A stretch of DNA of 64,000 nucleotides from a virus (taxonomy: Duplodnaviria > Caudoviricetes), in the IMG/VR virus record IMGVR_UViG_3300020577_006271, positions 98,684 to 162,683 of that record; one strand, given 5' to 3'. The position numbers were made by a program, and so were the translations under genes. Positions 1 through 9,861 of this stretch are shown piece after piece. Under the pieces are notes generated by a model. That model had not been told where the DNA came from, searched no databases, and was given only the letters and a program-made list of their open reading frames with translations. Positions within the stretch are counted from its first letter, which is position 1, and the number at the start of each line of letters is the position of its first letter.

Positions 1-506
1 ACAATGTAAGCTGGCTCGCCATTATAAATTACATTTGTCTCAGTTTTAATGTAAGTATATAAATCATCGGATTTAATATTATTAATTCTATATATATAAC
101 CTGCAAATCTAAGACTATAATTTGCATTAGGTAGTATGAGTTTTGCCGATAATTTATTTAACTTAAATTCAGTTTGATCCGGCGAAGTTTCTAATATGGT
201 ACAAGCTGCAATGAAATTAAAAGTAGAAAATCCAAGCTTATAAGATCCATTGCTTATTGAGAATTTTTCAAATGTTGGTTTCAAATCGTATAAGATTTCA
301 CCAGATGATACATCCAATTTATATGCAGGTGAATCATCCGAACCTATATAATCTCCACGGTTTGTAAATATATTAATATTTGTAAAAACCGAATCATCGG
401 GGCTGAATTTAACATTAACCCAATTACTATTTTTATAGTCAGTTGTTACTCCAGCTATTGATTCATTAAATCCTAGTATCGATTCATAATTTATGTATTG
501 TTTCAT
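1..506 (-). CDS. Hypothetical virion/structural-region protein, runs off the window edge
   Basis: Open frame MKQYINYESILGFNESIAG... starting at an ATG that overlaps the stop of the upstream ORF; absent from the ORF track because it is truncated. Confidence 0.6.
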   Translation of the reverse strand, partial: MKQYINYESILGFNESIAGVTTDYKNSNWVNVKFSPDDSVFTNINIFTNRGDYIGSDDSPAYKLDVSSGEILYDLKPTFEKFSISNGSYKLGFSTFNFIAACTILETSPDQTEFKLNKLSAKLILPNANYSLRFAGYIYRINNIKSDDLYTYIKTETNVIYNGEPAYI

Positions 507-1306
507 GTAGTTGTCATTTTATATTCATATTCTGCTTGAGTTGCTTCAGCTTCTGCCTTTGAAGCTTCGGCTTCGGCAATTGCTGCTTCCGATGCGGCTT
601 TGGATGCTTCCGCGGTTGCCTTTGCAGCTTCAGCTTCTGCCTTTGAAGATTGAGCATCAGCTATAGCAACGTCCATAACACTATTTATTTGTTCTAATGA
701 ATCATTTAATAATGAATCAGCTGATGCTGCTGTACTGGACAACTCAGCATACTGTTCAGATATTGTCGTTAATTCCATATCTGGTGTCCATTCATTCTCC
801 TTAGATTCAAGTTTCGGCGGTGTTGATCCACCTCCACCTCCACCACTTGAAGCTTTTTTTACATCATCCTTAATCTTTATTTTCGATGACAGTGTGACAG
901 CAATAGGATTCTCAAGTGTTCCGTTTTTAAACGCAATAATATCAACTATTTCAGAATCTTCTAATCTTTTAATATTATCACGTGTCAATCCACGTTTAAA
1001 TAACAGTACATCTAATGTCTTAGCATTTGGAATTTCAACCGGTATTGAATTTTCTATAATATATGTTACATTATTATCATTAATGGCTGTAAATATATCT
1101 CCTTCGGATAATATATAAGGTTCATATATAGAAACAGTTGCGTCTGTAAAGAATATGAAAGCTTTAGGTTGATTAGGTTCAAAGGTCATTTCATAGTTTA
1201 TCTGACATTTGGTTTTTCCATTTTCATAAGACAAAAAATTACTATAATTCCGTTGCATAATATCATCGGAAATAATTAGTTGGTGTGTATCTGTTGTATA
1301 TTTCAC
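503..1306 (-). CDS. Hypothetical protein with Gly/Ser linker and Ala/Glu/Lys-rich helical tail
   Basis: 267 aa ORF coupled to neighbours; SSGGGGGGS linker; AEAAKA-type low-complexity repeats. Confidence 0.6.
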   Translation of the reverse strand: MKYTTDTHQLIISDDIMQRNYSNFLSYENGKTKCQINYEMTFEPNQPKAFIFFTDATVSIYEPYILSEGDIFTAINDNNVTYIIENSIPVEIPNAKTLDVLLFKRGLTRDNIKRLEDSEIVDIIAFKNGTLENPIAVTLSSKIKIKDDVKKASSGGGGGGSTPPKLESKENEWTPDMELTTISEQYAELSSTAASADSLLNDSLEQINSVMDVAIADAQSSKAEAEAAKATAEASKAASEAAIAEAEASKAEAEATQAEYEYKMTTT

Positions 1307-2325
1307 TGAATTAAGAAATTTAAATTATTATCGTAAATAAAATTGTCTTCATTGTATGTAATTCGTATTTGAATTGTATAATAGCGGTTAGGTATAATAT
1401 TAGAAGTATCAAATTTAATTACATATCCCATATTAGTTTTTTGAAGCCTCGTACCTATTTCGTTGAATGGCACCACTACCTTGCCTGTGACAGAATCAAC
1501 AATCTGAAAGAATGCTGTAATATTATATTCTGCAGGATTAAGTAGTGTCGAATTATAAGTTTTCGTGTCGACTAACTTAGTACATTTGACCTTAAATAAG
1601 ACAGTATCTAACCCAGATTGGTATCGTGGCTTAATATTTTGAACTGTTATATCATAATTCAACGGATCGAATTGCATTGTTGGATTAAATGGTCCTGTAT
1701 ATACTGCATCTGCATAGTATGATATCAGAGATGGTTCATAAATGCTCTGGGTGTCCGATCCGTAAAAGCGTATTTCATACTTAGTTGAATCGTTGTCTTC
1801 ATCGGCAAACGAAATCGCCAATCCTTTCCATTCTTCTGGATGTTCTATACCATAATTAATTAAATTTGATATATCAACATTAATTATATCGTCCGTTGAC
1901 TGAATAGTATGCAATAATGAATCTGCAGCAGATAAATATGGATTAGACCATATGGTACTACCTGTTGATATCCACGTTGCTCCTGAATTTACATGTGGAA
2001 AATCATTACGATTACCAAATCCTTCTTGCCAAACATCTAAAATTCGAGAAATTTTAATGTCAATTTGCTTTGACGTTAATTCAGTCATATTTGAAACATG
2101 CATAATCAATCTATGTTCACCTACAGATAGATTTGATATGTCAATATCTAATAAAATCCGTGATACCGAAGTAGTAGGCCATTCTTGGAATTCAAAACCT
2201 TGAGTAGGTATGATATCTCCAACCCGGTACTTAATTAATTCTAATTGTGGATCATTCCCCGCATTTAATTCGGGTAAATGTTGATAAATTGTAGTGTCTT
2301 TTGAAATTTTGCTAATATTAAACAT
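1303..2325 (-). CDS. Putative virion structural protein (DNRLRE-like beta domain)
   Basis: 340 aa; KDTTIY...SRIL...W.EG.G...GATW pattern; downstream of the baseplate wedge; late-promoter-like motif upstream. Confidence 0.5.
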   Translation of the reverse strand: MFNISKISKDTTIYQHLPELNAGNDPQLELIKYRVGDIIPTQGFEFQEWPTTSVSRILLDIDISNLSVGEHRLIMHVSNMTELTSKQIDIKISRILDVWQEGFGNRNDFPHVNSGATWISTGSTIWSNPYLSAADSLLHTIQSTDDIINVDISNLINYGIEHPEEWKGLAISFADEDNDSTKYEIRFYGSDTQSIYEPSLISYYADAVYTGPFNPTMQFDPLNYDITVQNIKPRYQSGLDTVLFKVKCTKLVDTKTYNSTLLNPAEYNITAFFQIVDSVTGKVVVPFNEIGTRLQKTNMGYVIKFDTSNIIPNRYYTIQIRITYNEDNFIYDNNLNFLIQ

Positions 2326-2374
2326 TCAGTCCTTGTTTTGGCACACCTGTCTAATAAATAGTTTTTTGGGAGAT

Positions 2375-2402
2375 AAAAAAAGAGTAACTTTTGGTTACTC
2401 TT
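2375..2402 (-). terminator. Intrinsic terminator
   Basis: AAGAGTAAC/GTTACTCTT stem with T-run on the minus strand; near-identical copy at 5210-5237. Confidence 0.75.
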
Positions 2403-2459
2403 ATTTATTGTTTAAATGCAACATGGATCAATTAATATGGAGATCCGGTTGTCGGTATA

Positions 2460-2823
2460 TTAGCTGTCTATTTTAAATTGTAATTTATTTCCTGATCTTC
2501 TAATATCTATCAACTTACTATACGTCCATTGCCATTTATTAATTTTCTTCTTAAATATGTCCATAAATGCAGACATCATATTAGTCTTTGAATCTTCATC
2601 ATAATCAATCATATTTAGGTTGTCGATAAGCTTATTAATTTCAACATTCAAAATTCATATCATATTTACTTCCACGCAATTCTTTGTAACGGGAAATTAA
2701 ATAATTATCATCAGCATCACTAAAATCCGGATTTCTCTGAGAGTCCGAATATCCGACTTCGTTGATTTTCTTAATTTTTCGATCAACAATGGTTTCTACG
2801 ATTTGCCTTAATTTTGTGCTCAT
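2460..2823 (-). pseudogene. Frameshifted MSTKLRQI-leader protein (putative internal head protein)
   Basis: Two overlapping short ORFs (2641-2823 and 2460-2651); N-terminus nearly identical to 5282-5737. Confidence 0.55.
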
Positions 2824-2912
2824 TTTGTTTTTTTTTTGTGACCTAATTTATACCACAAATATAAATGATTTTATTTAATAAATAGTTTAATTTTTGAAAA
2901 ATTAACTTTTCT

Positions 2913-4751
2913 TTAAATATTTATCGTTTTTCCTTTGATATCTCTATCAGGAAATTTAATTTCGAAAATTGATGGATCTAACGACGGATAAACAACTCCG
3001 TCGCGTGTTGCTGTTTTGATATCATAAATAACATCAGAATATCCTTTAGATATATCGTTTAAATTATAGATATCAATTTTCGAAACAGTTTGCACACCAT
3101 CTATTTTGTCTAATTCTGTATATAATTTCGATAGTATTATAGGTTCATTGATTTGCAGTGTATCTTGCGACAATAATTCTTTTAGTCGCGCTATACATCT
3201 AAGAATTATTTCATTTGAATTATACGATGGACGGCAAATAATCTCAAAATCAATTCCAATATTAATAATATACGGATCCATAATCTCAATTGCATCAGTT
3301 AACAATCTATAATTAGAAAGGTATTTTGCAATGTTGTTTTTCAATGCTGGATTGGCATAATTAAAGGTTCCATCATCAGCAGACGATAATATATATAAAT
3401 TTAATATATTCGTGTTCTTAAAATTATTTTCAATATAACATTTAGCTATTGAACCATATTTAGAAGGCATTGAATATATACGAAGAATATAATCCGCCTT
3501 AGTTACCGCCCGATTTTGTGCAGCAAATGTAGCTATAGCTTCATTCTTGATTAAATCTAAATTTTTATAATTTTGACCACCAAATGCTGGGTATTCATTG
3601 TTTATTTTTATACCCCTATCTATAGAATTTAATAATTCATCCACCGTTGCTGGGTTTAACCCACTAATCATGGAATATATTTCCATATTGTCGATAATCG
3701 TCAATGAATCGGCAGGAATATTATCCGTAATTCCGTCAGAAACCAAATATTTTACAGTCAATGTAGTATTTGATGGAGCTGATCCGTAGGTTTTCGTGTT
3801 AATAAAATTAACTGGATCCAACATCGTCTCCGAAAAACGTCTATAGTAATCAATACCCAGTCCAACATTAAAGGGATTAGGTACTATTTCTTCATCTGAC
3901 TCCAACCCAAGACCTGATCCAAATTGTATCTCTAATTTATTGTCTTTTCTGACTCTAGTTATATACCGTCGATCAGTTTTAAGATAGGTTAACAAATATG
4001 GCACTGAATCTTTATATTGATGTAGTGTAGATGAAGCATATTCGTCATTAAGTTTATCAGATGGAACTAAATCTTGGGACAAATAATCAACTTCATACCA
4101 TGATTCATTATCAGAATCAATGACTGATATAATTCTAGATACATTAATATCATCTAAGACTATTTTATCGTACCGTTTCGGAGATTCGAAATCAAAAGTT
4201 GCTGTTCGTATTTCCCCAGCTATAGCTCTGACTTTTTTTGATAATACAAAATAAGTTATTTCTCCGGTATTAGATATTTCATACACGGATATTTCTGTTG
4301 GATCAGCTGTATTGTTAACCGAAAAATTTAATGAATCTATTGTATAAAATTTTCTACCGTCTTTAGTTGACAATTGCATTCCAGATTTAATATGAAAGGC
4401 ATAATCCATATTTGGTTTATATGTGTTATCTTCGAATATAGCAGGAACTAATTGTAAGACGGTTACAATACATTGTGCGGGTACAACATTTGTTGGTTTA
4501 TATCCATAATTCTGTGCAAGATTAAATATATTCTTACGTTCACTTGCTAAATTTATAAAAGATTCTTGTAACTGGTGGTCACCATATATGGACAAAACAT
4601 CCCCCACGAATGCAGCCATTTCGACAAACATTAAGGCAGGAGAAGACTCGTTAAAATCCTTATAAGTATCTGGAAAATAATTCTTCGCATAATTTATTAA
4701 TGCTTCCCTGAATTGTCCAAAATCTTTATTTAAATATTTGACCTTACTCAT
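2913..4751 (-). CDS. Baseplate wedge subunit (T4 gp6-like / baseplate J family)
   Basis: N-terminal YLNKDF...LINYAKNYFPDTYKDFNESSP...EMAAFVGDVLS and AQNRAVTKADY motifs; adjacent to gp25-like gene. Confidence 0.85.
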   Translation of the reverse strand: MSKVKYLNKDFGQFREALINYAKNYFPDTYKDFNESSPALMFVEMAAFVGDVLSIYGDHQLQESFINLASERKNIFNLAQNYGYKPTNVVPAQCIVTVLQLVPAIFEDNTYKPNMDYAFHIKSGMQLSTKDGRKFYTIDSLNFSVNNTADPTEISVYEISNTGEITYFVLSKKVRAIAGEIRTATFDFESPKRYDKIVLDDINVSRIISVIDSDNESWYEVDYLSQDLVPSDKLNDEYASSTLHQYKDSVPYLLTYLKTDRRYITRVRKDNKLEIQFGSGLGLESDEEIVPNPFNVGLGIDYYRRFSETMLDPVNFINTKTYGSAPSNTTLTVKYLVSDGITDNIPADSLTIIDNMEIYSMISGLNPATVDELLNSIDRGIKINNEYPAFGGQNYKNLDLIKNEAIATFAAQNRAVTKADYILRIYSMPSKYGSIAKCYIENNFKNTNILNLYILSSADDGTFNYANPALKNNIAKYLSNYRLLTDAIEIMDPYIINIGIDFEIICRPSYNSNEIILRCIARLKELLSQDTLQINEPIILSKLYTELDKIDGVQTVSKIDIYNLNDISKGYSDVIYDIKTATRDGVVYPSLDPSIFEIKFPDRDIKGKTINI

Positions 4752-5184
4752 TTATAAATCCCGGCTTGTCATTGTTATTAAAGATTGTCAATATTTTATT
4801 CGCCCCGTATTCCGATGTTGAATATTCAATTCGAATGCCAATTGAATTAACCAAATCGTTAACAACATTAGATATTGAAATTTCGTATATTGTTATATAT
4901 GGTAACCATTGTGACGCTTGGGTTCTTATGACTGTATCTATCTCTGAGATTAGTTCAGTTGTGTTATTTTCGAATAAATAGTATTGTAATCCAATACCGA
5001 ACTCAGGCTGCATATAACGTTCGCCTTGTTTAGTTAATAACAAATTGACGAAATTAGAGATAGATTGTTCTTCTGTCGTGAATGACATATTGAAGACACC
5101 TCGACCATTTTTAGAATTCATAGGCAATTTTATTCCTATTAAACCGCGGGTTTTATCTTCTGGATATGATTTGAAATTTACCAT
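4744..5184 (-). CDS. Baseplate gp25/GPW-like protein
   Basis: NLLLTKQGERYMQPEFG...LFE and W-L-P-Y-I motifs. Confidence 0.85.
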   Translation of the reverse strand: MVNFKSYPEDKTRGLIGIKLPMNSKNGRGVFNMSFTTEEQSISNFVNLLLTKQGERYMQPEFGIGLQYYLFENNTTELISEIDTVIRTQASQWLPYITIYEISISNVVNDLVNSIGIRIEYSTSEYGANKILTIFNNNDKPGFINE

Positions 5185-5209
5185 AATATAATTAGTAAAT
5201 ACCAATCAT

Positions 5210-5237
5210 AAAAAAAGAGTAACTTTTGATTACTCTT
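5210..5237 (-). terminator. Intrinsic terminator
   Basis: AAGAGTAA/TTACTCTT stem with T-run on the minus strand. Confidence 0.75.
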
Positions 5238-5281
5238 ATATTTGTTTAATTTTGAATGAATATGGTTCTTGGCGCCTTGAA

Positions 5282-5737
5282 TTAAACCATCCAAGATCTT
5301 GGCAGTGCAATATATTCGCCTAACTTCCAAGATCTTATGAATAGTTCATCTTTTCCTAACTCTTTAATTTTCTCAATATCAAATTGTTTAATTAATTCAG
5401 CTAATTCTACATCAAGATCAAATATTTTTGTAAATTCCTGATGACTGCGTATTCTGGCAATTGCATCATCAACGGGTCTATTGAGATTTTCAAAGTTGCT
5501 TGCTATATTTTCGAGATTACTGTCTATGTGTCTATCAAGAGCTTTCCACATTTTGCTGAAAGTTTCATTAGACTTATTTATCCCAGCTATAGCTAATTTC
5601 GTGATATTACTTCTTTGTTTTGCGCCACGATATTGACTTTTACCGATTGCTGATTGATATGTATCCGGACTTAATTCTGTTAGTCTAAGTTTTCTATCAA
5701 CTATTGTTTCTATGATTTGTCTTAATTTTGTACTCAT
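5282..5737 (-). CDS. MSTKLRQI-leader protein (putative capsid-packaged internal protein)
   Basis: Own promoter and terminator; leader MSTKLRQIIETIVDRKLRLTE shared with 2641-2823. Confidence 0.55.
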   Translation of the reverse strand: MSTKLRQIIETIVDRKLRLTELSPDTYQSAIGKSQYRGAKQRSNITKLAIAGINKSNETFSKMWKALDRHIDSNLENIASNFENLNRPVDDAIARIRSHQEFTKIFDLDVELAELIKQFDIEKIKELGKDELFIRSWKLGEYIALPRSWMV

Positions 5738-5828
5738 CTTGTTTTTTTTTGGTTATACAATTAATATCACAAATGTAAATGATTTGTATTAATAATTAGT
5801 TAGTTCTTGAAAATTTAACATTTTTTTA

Positions 5829-6287
5829 TTATCTAACCGGCCTACCCTGCATCTTTTTGACTACATCACTGTAATCTCGAGTAACCGCTTCCATTATTGA
5901 ATCAGGTAATTCATCTACTTGATCGAGTATAGATTCGCCCATACCAATAGTATGCCCTTCGGATAGCGCTATATCATTTTTGATATTAATTTCATAAATA
6001 GTGATGTATGGCAACCATATTGCAGCTTGAAGTCTAATGACAGTATCAATTTCTGATAATAATTCTACAGTATTCTGTTCAAACAAATACCAAGGGAGAC
6101 CCACGCCGAATTCAGGCTGCATGAATCTTTCACCTTGTTTAGTCATCAATAAATTTACAAAGTTAGAAACCGATTGCTCTTCTGTATTGTATGACATATT
6201 GAAAAATTCACGTGATGTTTTGGAGTTCATTGGCAATTTAATACCAATTGTACCACCGAACCTATCTGCTGGATATGATTTATACAT
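5829..6287 (-). CDS. Chimeric second gp25-like copy with a foreign C-terminus
   Basis: First ~115 aa are paralogous to 4744-5184; the end (AVTRDYSDVVKKM...) resembles the end of 6313-6657 (AFTKDYSNLIKSM...). Confidence 0.65.
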   Translation of the reverse strand: MYKSYPADRFGGTIGIKLPMNSKTSREFFNMSYNTEEQSVSNFVNLLMTKQGERFMQPEFGVGLPWYLFEQNTVELLSEIDTVIRLQAAIWLPYITIYEINIKNDIALSEGHTIGMGESILDQVDELPDSIMEAVTRDYSDVVKKMQGRPVR

Positions 6288-6312
6288 TATATTAAATAGT
6301 TTAGGCCTTTAA

Positions 6313-6657
6313 CTATTTAACTGGAATCTTTGCCATGCTTTTAATTAAGTTAGAATAATCCTTAGTAAATGCATTATTTAAAGATTTCACAATCTTTTGT
6401 TCTGCTGGCGTAGCATCTTCATTAATTGTAATTAGTTCATTTTCTGCAGCCTGATGCTTATTAAGTTGGTCATGATCAACTATAGAATTAAGCCACTCTA
6501 ATGTATTTTCTTTTTTAATTGGGATTGGTGTTGGACTGACTGATTTTATGGGTGGCGTATTTACTTTTCTAATCTCTTTAATAAGAAATGGTATATAACG
6601 TTTAAATTCCGCTTGCACCACTGTTTGTATCATTGATTTCAAATCTTCAGGTGTCAT
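6313..6657 (-). CDS. Hypothetical protein
   Basis: 114 aa ORF within the baseplate operon. Confidence 0.6.
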   Translation of the reverse strand: MTPEDLKSMIQTVVQAEFKRYIPFLIKEIRKVNTPPIKSVSPTPIPIKKENTLEWLNSIVDHDQLNKHQAAENELITINEDATPAEQKIVKSLNNAFTKDYSNLIKSMAKIPVK

Positions 6658-6659
6658 AA

Positions 6660-7736
6660 TTATGGTTTTTTAAATTTAGTTGTAAAAGTTGTTTTGTGTA
6701 ATTTAGTCACATCGGCAACATTTGTTGCAGTTGATGTAGGTCCCATAGACGTTAAAAATTGTTTAGATCCGGTTGCCCATTGCCATAGTATTTTTGCCAT
6801 GTCATCAATATAATCCATTAGGTCATCGACCTGAACTTTATATTTGTTAGTTTGAAATAGAACTTTTTCTGATGTTAACATCGCTTCTTCTTTAGCAATT
6901 AACATTAATTTGTTGCTTTTCGCATTTAGTATGACTCGATCTGCATTTAACACTATTTGTGATCCATTATTCCAAGTAGCTGCTGTTTTAGCGTCCGTAT
7001 TTTTCATGAATCCAGCCTTAAACTTTTGCAGTTTTTGCGTACTGGTCAGATATATGGACGATTCGTCTTTCGCCAGGTCTTCTATAGTGTACTTATTAGT
7101 AAATGATTTAGATATCGATAATGCTGAGTCTAGTCGGTTTGCCGAATCAGTTGGTTTAATAACTCTAACGATTATCAATGGATCTCCATTAGCTTTACCG
7201 GCCCAGTTTGGTGCTTTATCATAAACAGATTTATCAGATTCAATTGATGTACCAAATCTAATAGATTGTCCAAATCTACCTTCGAAAATTTGGTCGCCTT
7301 CGAAGGGTTGAATATTATAAGTTTGTTTAATATCTTTTGATTTCACATAATTATAACCAATTTCTTTTTTATCTGCTTTAACCGTTGGAACTTTAGAATC
7401 ATAATGATTAGATCGTTCCCATAATTTTGGAAATTGGTGTAGTGATGCATCATCGGTAGAATTATACGGATCTATGTACATATAACCAGACGATGTTACT
7501 GAAGAAGCACTACGATCATGAACTGGTACTTGACATACCATAACATGTTCGCCTATAAATGGAATTCTGCGGCTGAAGCCAGCGGGACGTGCATAAAAGT
7601 TTTTAACTTGTCCTGATGTTGAGTTTGAATTCTGTCTAACTAGAATAGATCCTAATGGAAGTATATTTCCTTTATCATCTTTTTGACCAGCTTTAAAAGC
7701 GGTTTTTGTTTCTATGACTTCGCAAGAAAAATACAT
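6660..7736 (-). CDS. Baseplate hub/spike (gp5-like) protein
   Basis: P.IGEHV OB-fold-like N-terminus; EGDQIFEGRFGQSIRFG; SSIYLTSTQ; QIVLNADRVILNAK. Confidence 0.65.
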   Translation of the reverse strand: MYFSCEVIETKTAFKAGQKDDKGNILPLGSILVRQNSNSTSGQVKNFYARPAGFSRRIPFIGEHVMVCQVPVHDRSASSVTSSGYMYIDPYNSTDDASLHQFPKLWERSNHYDSKVPTVKADKKEIGYNYVKSKDIKQTYNIQPFEGDQIFEGRFGQSIRFGTSIESDKSVYDKAPNWAGKANGDPLIIVRVIKPTDSANRLDSALSISKSFTNKYTIEDLAKDESSIYLTSTQKLQKFKAGFMKNTDAKTAATWNNGSQIVLNADRVILNAKSNKLMLIAKEEAMLTSEKVLFQTNKYKVQVDDLMDYIDDMAKILWQWATGSKQFLTSMGPTSTATNVADVTKLHKTTFTTKFKKP

Positions 7737-8068
7737 TATATACCTTCATTAGTTTTAAATGAACTAAGTAATTCTACCAGTTCATTATGTGGGACATCAG
7801 TGTCTAATTTAGAATCTGGCGATTTAGGAACTTCAATAGTTCTTTGGATAATTTTAGTTAACTCGATTAATAGCTGAGTGTTTCTGATCTTATTCCCTAA
7901 CATGGCTCCAATCATTGGTGCTAAGACAGCCGCATCAGACGCATCCTTGACTAATACTGTTAATTGTTCAATAATATCAGAAATTTCCGATGCATTTATT
8001 GATTGTGCAGCATAAATTTCTTCATATAAATTTTCAATTGTTTTTCCTTTAAAGATCTGCTTTTTCAT
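7736..8068 (-). CDS. Hypothetical helical protein
   Basis: 110 aa ORF coupled to neighbours. Confidence 0.55.
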   Translation of the reverse strand: MKKQIFKGKTIENLYEEIYAAQSINASEISDIIEQLTVLVKDASDAAVLAPMIGAMLGNKIRNTQLLIELTKIIQRTIEVPKSPDSKLDTDVPHNELVELLSSFKTNEGI

Positions 8069-8759
8069 ATTCTCCTGTCAATTGAAACGTTTTTAAGTTT
8101 TCCAAATAATGTTGTTTTAAAACTGACATTATTTTTGTGATCGGTTGTGTTTTGTTTTCGAGACCAGTTTGTTCTCTTAAATAAATATAAAATAGCTTTT
8201 TATTATCTATATCCAATCCGGAATTAAATATATTTACAAAAGATGCGGCTATTGCCCGTTCACGTTTTGATTTAAATAGACAATCTATCTTGTTTTCTAA
8301 ATCATTTATCCAAGATCTATTAAATTCAATCTTATCATCAACGTAATCTCCACCAGTGACTTCAACCATAATATTTCTATTAGGATCAACCAAATCTAAA
8401 TTACCCACTTCAATTTGTGACTTCATTAAATCCTTCGACCGTTTAAATAAATAGTTTCTGGCCACAATTGTAAAATAACTAAAGGCTTTCGATCCAGTTT
8501 CTGGCCTATATTTACCCAATTGTTCAAATAGATATGTGACTGTATCAGCTTTTAGATCTGCATAGTTACTTTCATAATTATAAAATTTCCATTTATGAAT
8601 TATGTTCTCAACCAATTTATTAAGGGCTGGATAGATGATTCGATAAAATATAATATCTCGGTGTTGTTTGTCATCGCTGTTATTAAATTCTAAAATTGCA
8701 TCGTTTACTTCTTGGTCAAAATAGTTTTTTCCTTTACCCGGTTTTCTTCCTCGTGGCAT
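8049..8759 (-). CDS. Phage late sigma factor (gp55-like)
   Basis: KNYF...AILEFN...KLVENII...GSKAFSYFTIVARNY sigma region-2-like pattern. Confidence 0.7.
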   Translation of the reverse strand: MPRGRKPGKGKNYFDQEVNDAILEFNNSDDKQHRDIIFYRIIYPALNKLVENIIHKWKFYNYESNYADLKADTVTYLFEQLGKYRPETGSKAFSYFTIVARNYLFKRSKDLMKSQIEVGNLDLVDPNRNIMVEVTGGDYVDDKIEFNRSWINDLENKIDCLFKSKRERAIAASFVNIFNSGLDIDNKKLFYIYLREQTGLENKTQPITKIMSVLKQHYLENLKTFQLTGEYEKADL

Positions 8760-8771
8760 GTAGTTTAGTAG

Positions 8772-9056
8772 TTAGTCTTGTATAGTTATTTTAAATAGGT
8801 TTTCTACCTGTGTGTGTAAATCTACATATAATTTCCAGGCAATTCCAACCTGGTCTTCACTTTTAAATGATCCCTTTTTATCGATGGCTATAATATTACT
8901 GTAGATAGAGTTGAATATTTTATAGAATTCAACATATTCTTGCTTCATTCTAAATTCGCCTTCAATAATTAATTTCTCTGCTTGGCGTAGTTTCCTATAT
9001 AAATTTATTATCACATAAAATGATAGTAATAGAATAAACAATAGTAAATAAATCAT
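8772..9056 (-). CDS. Small membrane-anchored protein
   Basis: N-terminal hydrophobic helix. Confidence 0.55.
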   Translation of the reverse strand: MIYLLLFILLLSFYVIINLYRKLRQAEKLIIEGEFRMKQEYVEFYKIFNSIYSNIIAIDKKGSFKSEDQVGIAWKLYVDLHTQVENLFKITIQD

Positions 9057-9820
9057 AGATTGTCGAAATTTAACGGAGTAGTTTCTTTAGTAATTGGATT
9101 GTCAATGGTGTTTTTTATTTTTCGTAAGTTTTCCCATTCTGGAAGTGATGATAGATTAAATTTACCTGTTGCTTGAGCCCATCTTTCAAATTCAAATCTA
9201 CTGGCCATCATATCTGCGTGATGCATAATTATTGGCAACGTTGATTTCATTTTAGAATCAATATTAAATCCTGTATAATAGGACTTGTTGGCGTCATCAT
9301 ATACACCGTCGTGTATTTTGATAGTTAGATATTCATTAAGTGACATATCTATGCCGTAACGATGTAATATATACATGGTAGTGTCTGATATAGTTACATG
9401 TGGTAGGTTGCCATTATTTTCATATAATTTTCCTTGATTTTTAACATGCCAGTCACTCTTATTAAGAATATATTTATCTAAATTATCTCCAGGTAAACCT
9501 AGTTTCCCTAAATCATGATTTAAAGCTGAGAATATTAACTCTTCTTCGGTAAAATTATCTAAATACATTCCAGCCATTTTCCATAATTTGTAAGTTGCCT
9601 TAGCAAATTTAACCACCCTAAGAATATGATCACAATATCCACCTGGAAAGGCATTATGGAAATAATCATAACTACTTGCTGGAGCTGTTTTAAGCCTGAC
9701 TGAATAATCATCGTATAATTTGTTCAATCTAGCAGTACGTTCTCCAGTAAATTGGGTATTGATTATATCCCTGAATTCATTATAGTTTGACCTGACTTGA
9801 TCTATGGTTAAAATATCCAT
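9053..9820 (-). CDS. HD-domain phosphohydrolase
   Basis: HNAFPGG..DH, HDLGK, IHDG and HHAD motifs. Confidence 0.85.
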   Translation of the reverse strand: MDILTIDQVRSNYNEFRDIINTQFTGERTARLNKLYDDYSVRLKTAPASSYDYFHNAFPGGYCDHILRVVKFAKATYKLWKMAGMYLDNFTEEELIFSALNHDLGKLGLPGDNLDKYILNKSDWHVKNQGKLYENNGNLPHVTISDTTMYILHRYGIDMSLNEYLTIKIHDGVYDDANKSYYTGFNIDSKMKSTLPIIMHHADMMASRFEFERWAQATGKFNLSSLPEWENLRKIKNTIDNPITKETTPLNFDNL

Positions 9821-9861
9821 TATTGTTTTATATTATTTAAATTAAATGTAAGTAAATTATT

